From: Macrostomum lignano
Lineage: Eukaryota
Length of the DNA stretch: 64,000 nucleotides
Assembly (NCBI GenBank): GCA_002269645.1
Contig: NIVC01001301.1
Coordinates: 1 to 64,000 of the forward strand
Direction of reading: 5' to 3'
Under the pieces are notes generated by a model that was not told the DNA's origin, made no database searches, and worked only from the letters and a program-made list of their open reading frames with translations. A program made the translations under genes and the position numbers. Numbering within the stretch: the stretch's first letter is position 1; each line of letters begins with the position of its first letter. This document shows positions 1-8,855 of the stretch, one piece after another.

Positions 1-820
1 GATCCTCAGTTTCTGGGCCAGCTTCCCAGATCCCCAGTTGCTGGGCCAGCCTCCCAGATCCCCAGTTGCTGGGGCAGCCTCCCGGATCCTCAGTTGCTGG
101 GCCAGCCTCCCAGATCCTCAGTTGCTGGGCCAGCTTCCCAGATCCCCAGTTGCTGGGCCAGGCCAGCCTCCCAGATCCCCAGTTTCTGGGCCAGCTTCCC
201 AGATCCCCAGTTGCTGGGCCAGCCTCCCAGATCCCCAGTTGCTGGGGCAGCCTCCCGGATCCTCAGTTGCTGGGCCAGCCTCCCAGATCCCCAGTTTCTG
301 GGCCAGCCTCCCAGATCCCCAGTTTCTGGGCCAGCCTCCCAGATCCCCAGTTGCTGGCCAGCTTCCCAGATCCCCAGTTGCTGGGCCATCCTCCAGATCC
401 CCAGTTGCTGGGCCAGCTTCCCAGATCCCCAGTTGCTGGGCCAGCTTCCCAGATCCCCAGTTGCTGGGCCAGCCTCCCAGATCCCCAGTTTCTGGGCCAG
501 CCTCCCAGATCCTCAGTTGCTGGGCCAGCCTCCCAGATCCTCAGTTGCTGGGCCAGCTTCCCAGATCCTCAGTTGCCAGGCCAGCCTCCCAGATCCCCAG
601 TTGCTGGGCCAGGCCAGCCTCCCAGATCCCCAGTTTCTGGGCCAGCTTCCCAGATCCTCAGTTGCTGGGCCAGCCTCCCAGATCCCCAGTTGCTGGGGCA
701 GCCTCCCGGATCCTCAGTTGCTGGGCCAGCCTCCCAGATCCCCAGTTTCTGTGCCAGTTTCCCAGATCCCCAGTTTCTGGGCCAGTTTCCCAGATCCCCA
801 TTTGCTTTTCCAGCCTCCCA
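1..820. repeat. 28-bp tandem repeat (CCCAGATCCCCAGTTGCTGGGCCAGCCT), runs off the window start
   Basis: GATC-anchored period of 28 (positions 1, 29, ...); ~29 copies with substitutions and short indels, degenerating near 790-820 just before the acceptor at 870. ORFs 38..841, 66..962 and 94..909 are its three frames. Confidence 0.95.
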
Positions 821-1429
821 AAGTGTCAGCTGCTCAGTTAATTTTAATTGCATTTCCTGCAACACCGCAGTATGGCAGAAGCATCTTCACAGCATACTAC
901 TTACAATAGTAAATCTCCATCGCGAGAGGACGAGTTATCCAGCAATGCCAACCAGCGAATAACGGCGGTGAAGAAGCTGCCGCTGTCGCAGATCCCGACG
1001 CTCGGCCGTCTAGCAGCAGTCGACGAACTCGAACCCGAAGCGGCAGTCGCAGCCGCAGCCGATCAAGAGGTCGGATCGTCGCCGACGGCGTCGCAGTCGT
1101 TCCCGCAGTCGGACTAGAAGTCGCAGCCGAAGTCGTAGCCGCAGCCGACGTAGGAAATATCGATCGCATAGGCACGATAGAGACCGGGATAGAGATCGAG
1201 ATACAGATAGAGACCGGGATAGAGAACGAAGAAGAGATCGCGACCGGTCAGATCGCGTGACCGGGATCGGAATCGGGACCGTGACTGGATCGGGACTTGG
1301 GTGGCAGCTTGTCCTGGGGCGAGCCGACTACTACCGTGATGGTTCGCGGCCTGCCAGACGCTGTGACCGAGGATATGGTGAGCGCTGATGGCTTTTTGAG
1401 TTATCGATGTTGGATTCTTGAAGGATGGG

Positions 1430-1623
1430 ATCTCCTTTGGGAGTTGGATTCTCAAGGATGGGATCCTGTCTGTGAGCTGGGTTCTCAAGGATATGGCATC
1501 CTGTCTGTGAGTTGGGTTCTCAAGGATATGGCATCCTGTCTGTGAGTTGGGTTCTCAAGGATATGGCATCCTGTCTGTGAGTTGGGTTCTCAAGGATATG
1601 GCATCCTGTTTGTGAGTTGGGTT
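1430..1623. repeat. 35-bp intronic tandem repeat (GAGTTGGGTTCTCAAGGATATGGCATCCTGTCTGT), ~5 copies, interrupted by the hAT element
   Basis: Period 35 (GTTGGGTTCT at 1511, 1546, 1581); the unit resumes at 3617 after the insertion. Confidence 0.85.
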
Positions 1624-1716
1624 CATACATGCGCAACTTCTGAAATTACGCTGGCCGTGCGACTTAGTTTTCGATAAAAAATGCGACTTACCTATGAAAG
1701 AGCCAAGCAAAAACTT

Positions 1717-1790
1717 TAGGTAAACGGCAGGAGTAACTATGACCATATTTTTAAAGCTAAATGCCTCGCCAGCTAATTAGTGCTGCGTGC
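1717..1790 (+). other. Degenerate 28S rRNA-derived segment (R2 / I-PpoI / Pokey target region); not an rRNA gene
   Basis: GGTAAACGGCAGGAGTAACTATGAC is 24/25 to the conserved 28S GGTAAACGGCGGGAGTAACTATGAC; AGCTAAATGCCTCGCCAGCTAATTAGTG is 25/28 to 28S AGCCAAATGCCTCGTCATCTAATTAGTG. 28S sequence recalled from memory. Confidence 0.8.
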
Positions 1791-2199
1791 AGATTCCGCG
1801 TTTTTATAACAGCTAATCAGTGTCATCTAGTGGCGGCATGAAGCAATTAGTAAATTGTCAGTACAGTGTAGTGAGCATACTACAAAAGTCATGATTCATG
1901 AATGTCCAGAAGTAAGTGAAGTGAATACAGTGTGACCTATAGCTCAAGAACGATTTGCTAGACGATTTGGCATGGAAGATGAGAGCCCTGATTCAGATGG
2001 CTCATCAGATGCAGAATACGAATCCAGTAGAGATACAAGCTGTGAAAACCCACAGATTTTTAAACCACTGAATTCTAATTCCCGGAACTATTTTTGCATA
2101 GATTCTAAATTTGAAGTCATGCTCAAACAAAAACTTGTTAACAGTTAGGAAAAAGGCAAAGATGGGAGTAATGCATGTTAAACTAAGATTTGAGGCCTT

Positions 2200-2865
2200 T
2201 GCAAATTCTCTCCATTCCTCAATCTTCTCATCCTCTTTTTCTTTTCTCTCTCATCCCTTATCCCTTCTCTCTTTCCTCTCCTCTCCTATCTCTTCTGTCT
2301 CCTCTCTACATTCTTATCTCTCCTCTCGTCTCTCTCCATTCCACTCTACTCTACTCTCTCATCTTATCTTCCCTCTCGTCTCTCTCCACTCTACTCTCTC
2401 ATTATCTCTCCTCTCTTTTCTACTCTCTCATCTCTCCTCTCTTCACTCTCCTCTCATCTCCTCTTTATCCTCTCTTCTCTCATCTACTCTCTCCTCTTTC
2501 CTCTTTCCTCTCTTCTGATCTTATCCATCATCTTTTCTTTCCTCTTTCCTCTAATCTCCTCTTCTCTCTCATCTCTTTCCTCCCTCAGCTTTTCTCTCCT
2601 CTTCTATCTTTTCTCCCATCGCATCGCTCGCCTCTCCTCTGTTTGCTTATCTCTAATCTTCTATTCCCTCTACTTTGAAGTAAGAAAATATGCACATATT
2701 TTTGCTGAAGATAAGAGGAGAGAAGAGGGCATTGAGGAGAAAGGGTAGAGAGAAAGGGGAGAAGAGAGGAGAGTAAAAATGAGAGGAGAGAGAAGAGGGA
2801 AAAGGGGGAGAGAGAGAAGAGGGGAGGCAAGGTAGAGAAGAAGAGAGAGATGAGAGTTGAAGAGA
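2200..2865. repeat. Low-complexity CT-rich tract followed by a GA-rich tract
   Basis: CT-rich ~2200-2670, AT-rich spacer, GA-rich ~2710-2865; source of the spurious S/L-rich ORFs. Confidence 0.85.
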
Positions 2866-3104
2866 CACCAACCTTGCTACTCGTAGTTAGGAAGTTTCAA
2901 AGAACCCGAGGGGCGAGGGCCAGATAGAGGGGCTTCGCGAGCCGGAGTTTGCCAACCCCTGCTCCAGAGTTTAAGAAATGACGCGGGCTTCTGATTTCAA
3001 AGATCTTGTCTGTGGTTGAAGGCTTCTATTCTGTTTTTGCTCTCCTGCCACACTTGCACCTACTACCCCTGATTGCCTCTGATTGTGACTTACTTCCCTC
3101 TTAT

Positions 3105-3420
3105 TGCGACTTAGTTGCTTCTTTTTGCGACTTACCTAATCCTTTTTGCGAATTACTTAATCCTTTTTGCGACTTACCTAATCCTTTTGCGACTTACCTA
3201 ACCCTTTTGCGACTTACCTAATCCTTTTTGCGACTTACTTAATCCTTTTTGCGACTTACTTAATCCTTTTGCGACTTACCTAACCCTTTGCGACTTACCT
3301 AACCCTTTGTGACTTACCTAATCCTTTTTGCGACTTACTTAATCCTTTTTGCGACTTACTTAATCCTTTTGCGACTTACCTGATCCTTTTTGCGACTTAC
3401 CTGATTATTTTTACAACTTA
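3105..3420. repeat. ~21-22-bp subterminal tandem repeat (TTTTTGCGACTTACCTAATCC) inside the hAT element
   Basis: About 14 copies; the same GCGACTTA core occurs near the opposite TIR at ~1659 and ~1683. Confidence 0.85.
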
Positions 3421-5034
3421 GTTTGCTTCTTTTGCGAATCGTTTTTCTTTTGCTTCATTATTTTCCCTGAACTGCTCTTTCTTTCGCTTTCCTCTTGCCT
3501 TTCTTGGTTCTTGTGTTTTTCTGTTTTTGGTTGACTCAATTTTGCGACTTACCCCTGGTCAGCCACGATTTACGGTGGCCGGATCGGCCAGGTCGGCCAG
3601 CAGTTGCGCATGTATGGTTGGGTTCTCAAGGCTGGGATCTATATGCTGGAATGTGATGCACTAATGAGTGGCTTACCTTATGCGAGCGTAAAGCAGCAAC
3701 TCTGTGACAAACAATTGCAGATCTGCGCCCGTCTGGCCCAAGACAGCATCCTGTCCAAGGAGATTCGGCTGGTTCGAGATAAAAAGACAGGTTAGGTCCA
3801 CTTCTGTAACTGAGGGATTAACAATATCAGTATTACCTGTATAAGTTTTCTGCACCAGGTGTTTCGATATACTTTTGCAAAACTAATCACGCTATCGCTG
3901 GTAAGTAGTATAGGGAGCTATCTCGGATCCCGGATCTACCTGCCTGTTGGAGCGACGCAAAAATGGCAAAAATCAGTCAATCAGTCAGTCAATCAATCAA
4001 TCAATGAATCAACGAATCACTGAGCAATTTAACCGACCCGGTCGCCGCTCCCCCGACCACCAACCCTTTCTCCTTAATTAATTCAGGACAATCGCGCGGA
4101 TTCGCCTTTGTGGAGTTTGACACAGTGCCGCAGGCCCAGGCTTGGATGGAGTCGCAACAAGTAATTCGAATTTTTAAAGAGGCCGAAGTTTCGCCATTCA
4201 AATTAATTTATGCTATCTTTACCCAGTGGTTAGAAAAATTGGGGCGTACCCTCTAGGCCGGCGCCCCGGCGGCCCTCAAGGGTACGCCCCATCCCGCAAG
4301 ATAAAAGTTTGTAGGTTTTCTTCTTTGTACGTATGAAATATTTTTGTGAGGAAATTATGTAAAGAGCAGAATTTTTAAAGTTGATTTTTTTAGTTTCGGG
4401 TGTTTTTGTGCTCGAACCTGACAGTACGCCTTTCAGTACGTGCAGTGGACAGTGGGGCGAACTATTGATATCCTTATTAATTATTTTCTTGTATAATGAG
4501 CTCATTATTTATTTGCATTGACCAATCCTCATACTACAGCTAACTTGAACTTTTAACCCTTTGAGCAGCCATCTCTTTGAAAAATTGCTGCAAGCTCCAA
4601 AGTGGGGTATAGGCGACTCGTGCAAATTTTTCTGAGTTTCATACACTTCAGAAATTGGATGTGAACGCAAAAGTGTGCGTTTTAGCCTACCTACTTATAA
4701 GTAATACCTTTTGATCTTCGAAATCAACGCAACAAAAAATATATTTTTTAATACTCCACTACTTAAGCACTAGCGCATGTACAATGTTGCTTGTATTCTT
4801 AAGTTTTCATTTAGATGAGTCCGATTTGGTGGTCAATTCAGGATTTTTAAAGTAGTGGGGGCAGATTTGCCCAAATTTTTGTTTTGGTCTAAAAAGCCAA
4901 AGTAAGCTCAAAATTTACCCCCCTTATATGCAAGTCCAGCCATGGCAAAGGGGGCGGCCGCCGGGTCTACTACATCTACGAGTACATTTGACCGCCACAA
5001 TTTGATCGCCGTTCTATTCAAGGTGAAATAGGGC

Positions 5035-5928
5035 GGCGGGCAAATTGTCTGGCGGGCAAATTGTCTGGCGGGCAAATTGTCTGGCGGGCAAATTGTCTGG
5101 CGGGCAAATTGTCTGGCGGGCAAATTGTCTGGCGGGCAAATTGTCTGGCGGGCAAATTGTCTGGCGGGCAAATTGTCTGGCGGGCAAATTGTCTGGCGGG
5201 CAAATTGTCTGGCGGGCAAATTGTCTGGCGGGCAAATTGTCTGGCGGGCAAATTGTCTGGCGGGCAAATTGTCTGGCGGGCAAATTGTCTGGCGGGCAAA
5301 TTGTCTGGCGGGCAAATTGTCTGGCGGGCAAATTGTCTGGCGGGCAAATTGTCTGGCGGGCAAATTGTCTGGCGGGCAAATTGTCTGGCGGGCAAATTGT
5401 CTGGCGGGCAAATTGTCTGGCGGGCAAATTGTCTGGCGGGCAAATTGTCTGGCGGGCAAATTGTCTGGCGGGCAAATTGTCTGGCGGGCAAATTGTCTGG
5501 CGGGCAAATTGTCTGGCGGGCAAATTGTCTGGCGGGCAAATTGTCTGGCGGGCAAATTGTCTGGCGGGCAAATTGTCTGGCGGGCAAATTGTCTGGCGGG
5601 CAAATTGTCTGGCGGGCAAATTGTCTGGCGGGCAAATTGTCTGGCGGGCAAATTGTCTGGCGGGCAAATTGTCTGGCGGGCAAATTGTCTGGCGGGCAAA
5701 TTGTCTGGCGGGCAAATTGTCTGGCGGGCAAATTGTCTGGCGGGCAAATTGTCTGGCGGGCAAATTGTCTGGCGGGCAAATTGTCTGGCGGGCAAATTGT
5801 CTGGCGGGCAAATTGTCTGGCGGGCAAATTGTCTGGCGGGCAAATTGTCTGGCGGGCAAATTGTCTGGCGGGCAAATTGTCTGGCGGGCAAATTGTCTGG
5901 CGGGCAAATTGTCTGGCGGGCAAATTGT
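5035..5928. repeat. Homogeneous 16-bp tandem array (GGCGGGCAAATTGTCT) x ~56
   Basis: No variant unit seen. A 15-bp inverted copy of the array end lies upstream (GACCGCCACAATTTG 4990-5004 vs CAAATTGTGGCGGTC 5921-5935). All six ~300-aa ORFs here are repeat artefacts. Confidence 0.97.
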
Positions 5929-6344
5929 GGCGGTCTCCGCTGTCGGTCTCCCGCGGCCGCGCCCCCCCCCCTTGGATAGTGGCGTAAATAAATACTCATT
6001 TCAAAGTTTTACATGTAAGTAGGCGGCATACCCTTGCACAAGGTTGCATAATTATTTGAAAGCCGTATGCTTGTATGGGGTGGACAGTTGACAGTCAAAA
6101 TGCCTATATCTACATGTACCTCCATACAGTAATAATTTACCTATTAAACAACAGGTAAGGTCAAAGATAACATATGCGTATGCCAGCAAAGGTTTAAAAT
6201 TTTCAATAATTAATTGTACGGTACAATGCGATAGCAAAACAAACTAATCTTAGATGCAGCTATTATCTAGAATCTCGATTTATCTTCCAGAATTTTAGAG
6301 AAATACAACTAGGACAGGGGAAATCCCGGAAAATCAATCAGGTT

Positions 6345-6475
6345 TGCCAAGCTGTATTAAAGGGGGACCAAGCGCATTTTTGCCAAAATACAGAGCCACC
6401 CCTCCGCCCCCCTTGGGTCTTTACCCTTCAGAATCCGCCCCCCCCCACATAAGAAATTCTGCTTGCGCCACTGCT
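6345..6475 (-). mobile_element. Partial MITE copy (CAGTGGCGCAA.. terminus), inverted relative to the 6820-6995 copy
   Basis: Its reverse complement (CAGTGGCGCAAGCAGAATTT..GGGGGCGGATTCTGAAGGGTAAAG..GCTCTGTATTTTGGCAAAAATGCGCTTGGTCCCCC) aligns by eye with 6820-6930. Confidence 0.65.
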
Positions 6476-6819
6476 AACAGTTCAAGTAATTCTGGAGAGC
6501 ACAGAGTGCTGTCTAGAGAAGCTGTTCAGGCTTGGCACAACGCGCCCGCCAAAATTTTGTTAATGTCAACTTTTGCTCATTGTAATGATCGAAATTCCTT
6601 GCGAGGGATTGGCTAACTATTTTACTTTAAGTGCCAGATAGAGAATCTAGCTCAAGACTGCGGGCCAGAAGGAGGAGAGTGGAGGGGAGAGGGGAGAGAT
6701 GTGAGATGTGAGAGGAGGGAAGAGAGGAGAGAGGCGAGATGAGAGAAAGAAGGGAGATAAAGGGAGAGAGGAGAGAGGCGAAAGGAGAGATGTCAGAGGA
6801 AGGGAGCAAGCAGTAGGGC

Positions 6820-6995
6820 AACCAGAAATTTTTTGAGGGGGGGGCGGATTCTGGAAGGTAAAGTCCCGTGAGGGAGGGGCGGAGGGGAGGCTCTGTTTTT
6901 GGCGAAAATTCGCTTGGTCCCCCCTTCAATTTTTTCTGGGTCTCCGCCTAAGGGGGGGCCCCGCCCCCCCCCCCCCCCCCCTGGTTGCGCCACTG
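6820..6995 (+). mobile_element. ~175-bp MITE with imperfect TIRs CAGTAGGGCAACCAG / CTGGTTGCGCCACTG
   Basis: Imperfect TIRs, poly-G/poly-C subterminal runs, and a second copy at 6345-6475. Confidence 0.65.
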
Positions 6996-7124
6996 GGAGC
7001 AAGGAAAGAGGGGAAAGGAGGAGAGAGGGGAGATTTTGATGAGAAAAGGAGAAGAAATTAGCAAAAAAGCTGAGAAGAGATGCAAACCTTGAGCGGGCTG
7101 GATTGTTATTGGCATGGGAAGTTA

Positions 7125-7197
7125 GAAAGGACCCGAGGGCTGGATAGAGAGACTGCGGGCCGCATGTGGCCCGTGGGCTGGAGTTTGCTGACCCCTG
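7125..7197 (+). mobile_element. hAT-MITE-like terminal remnant (GCGGGCCGCATGTGGCCCG..GAGTTTGCTGACCCCTG); related remnant at ~2905-2961
   Basis: Resembles the common hAT MITE end GGCCCGCGGGCCG..TTTG..GACCCCTG; the two remnants resemble each other. Opposite TIR not found. Confidence 0.5.
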
Positions 7198-8855
7198 CAG
7201 CCTGCAGTAGGCTATGCATGACGGGCCCAGTTAACTGCATAATGGCAAATAAGAGACATGGGAGATTGGAGATAGGAGACTGTCTCCCCTGTCTCCCCTT
7301 CATTTATCTCCCCGATTACGAGTAGGGCACAGTCACTCAGTCACATTTTGATAAGGAGGGATACATAGACATAGATATTTTCTCAGTTTTCATATTCAGA
7401 GGCGGTCAGAGCTCAAATGGGACAGGTCATGAATAAATAACAATCTAACCCCCGCCTTGTCATTTTTCCGGATGAATAAATCCACTGAATCATAAAGGTT
7501 TCAAAGTGCCTTTGCGTTCTCATGACAGTTTTTGCCACTCAATTATTCTAGTCTTACTGAATCCCCGAGTTAACAGAAAATTATAGCTCGGCGCACGTCC
7601 GCCAGCTTGAATATTCTCGCTATATTGTTCTCTATTTGCGATCGTCTTTTACAACCCGACATCAATAAAACCCGTGTGGGCTTTATCTCTCATTAACAGA
7701 AATCTCTCATCAATTATAGCCTGTATAAAGCTTACTCATTTTGAGTTGCTCTTAGAAAAATGTTTTGAATTTCCTGGCCAGTGGCAATAACCCGTAATGA
7801 CAGGGCAATGCAAGGAATTATTTTAACCTAGAGGTGACAGCTAATTTTGGCCAATTCATTTCAGTTGGGTGGGGGGGTTAGAAGAAAGGCTAGAGAAGTG
7901 ATATGGGAATTTCTACGTTGTACCGTTCTTGCCTGCTTAAGCGAACCTATGCGAAACAAACAAACTGTCCTGACTCCTTATCAGTGCAGGTCATCAAGTT
8001 TTTTCTATTCCCATATTGCACCAAAGATAAAGGAAGAACAAAGACGAATTTCGTGCGAGGCTTGACAAGGTCTGAACTATATATAGTTACAACCTAGCAT
8101 AAACACATAAATACTTTGATACGGAAAGTATTGATTCGATCTGACCTAAAATAGGTGCCAGCAAAAGAAAGAAAATATTCATAGCATTTTATATGTGCTT
8201 AAAAGTAAAACCAGATGGTAACAGATGGAAATTACAGTTGTGCAGCTAGTTGATTATTATCAATGGGATAAGTAAAATATTACAAAAATTCTGTTGGCTT
8301 GAATTGGAGGTAGGAATACTGTATACAATACCATTAGTATTTCATACTCGTATACTGGGGTTTAAGAAAATAAATCCCCCATTTCAGCCACATACAGCGG
8401 CATCACCTCCCACTAAGTTTCCGGCCCCTCCACCCCTCCTACACAGTTTTGAGCTAAATTACCCCTCCGGCCTCTATAACACCGAATTTTAAGCTGTACC
8501 TAATTCTAGGGTTCAAGAATGTAAACAATAAAGATAGAATCAATATAATCAGTCTCTAAAATAACTCCAGTTCATGAATGACCGATCGCCAGGCTTGTAG
8601 TAAACTCGTGAAACTGCGGATCCTAAAAGTAAAGATAAAATGGCAGTTGCGATCGAGTATGCATCGTAATATACTAATATTTAACTCACAATCTACAATC
8701 ATGTCTGCGTGTTGAAGCTGAGAACATATACAGGAAGAAATTGCAGAATTGCAGAATACAGGGAATACGAGAATCGAGATAGAAGGAAATCGGATTGATA
8801 TAAAAAACCAGAGAAAGATATTTTTAGTACTCACTTGCGACTCACGCGTCCTACA

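Larger units (their letters stand above)
1624..3616. mobile_element. Non-autonomous hAT-type DNA transposon (~2.0 kb)
   Basis: Perfect 15-bp TIRs CATACATGCGCAACT (1624-1638) / AGTTGCGCATGTATG (3602-3616), flanked by an 8-bp direct repeat GTTGGGTT (1616-1623, 3617-3624); 8-bp TSDs are typical of hAT. Subterminal GCGACTTA motifs occur at both ends. No transposase ORF. Confidence 0.88.
872..4160 (+). pseudogene. RBM5: RBM5/RBM10-like RNA-binding gene, 5' part only (RS/RD-rich N-terminus + RRM1); frameshifted as written
   Basis: Exons 871-1377 (acceptor ccgcag, donor ATG|gtgagc), 3721-3790 (AG|gttagg) and 4087-4160 (CAA|gtaatt) splice in phase to EPTTTVMVRGLPDAVTEDM-ICARLAQDSILSKEIRLVRDKKTG-QSRGFAFVEFDTVPQAQAWMESQQ, which matches RBM5/10 RRM1 (RNP1 RGFAFVEF). 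The first exon has four -1 frame changes. No zinc finger, RRM2, OCRE or G-patch exons found downstream. Pseudogene versus assembly error is unresolved. Confidence 0.75.

Noticed and set aside
38-962. 267-298-aa P/Q/S-rich ORFs
   Set aside because: Three frames of a stop-free 28-bp repeat; no unique coding content.
1717-1790. 28S rRNA gene
   Set aside because: Only ~75 bp, centre diverged, no flanking rDNA; kept as a derived fragment.
4908-6022. Six ~300-360-aa ORFs on both strands
   Set aside because: Translations of a perfect 16-bp array.
4553-6200. piggyBac-like element (TTAACCCTTTGAGC at ~4553; GCAAAGGTTTAA at ~6187)
   Set aside because: The right end matches poorly and no internal support was seen; cannot be called.
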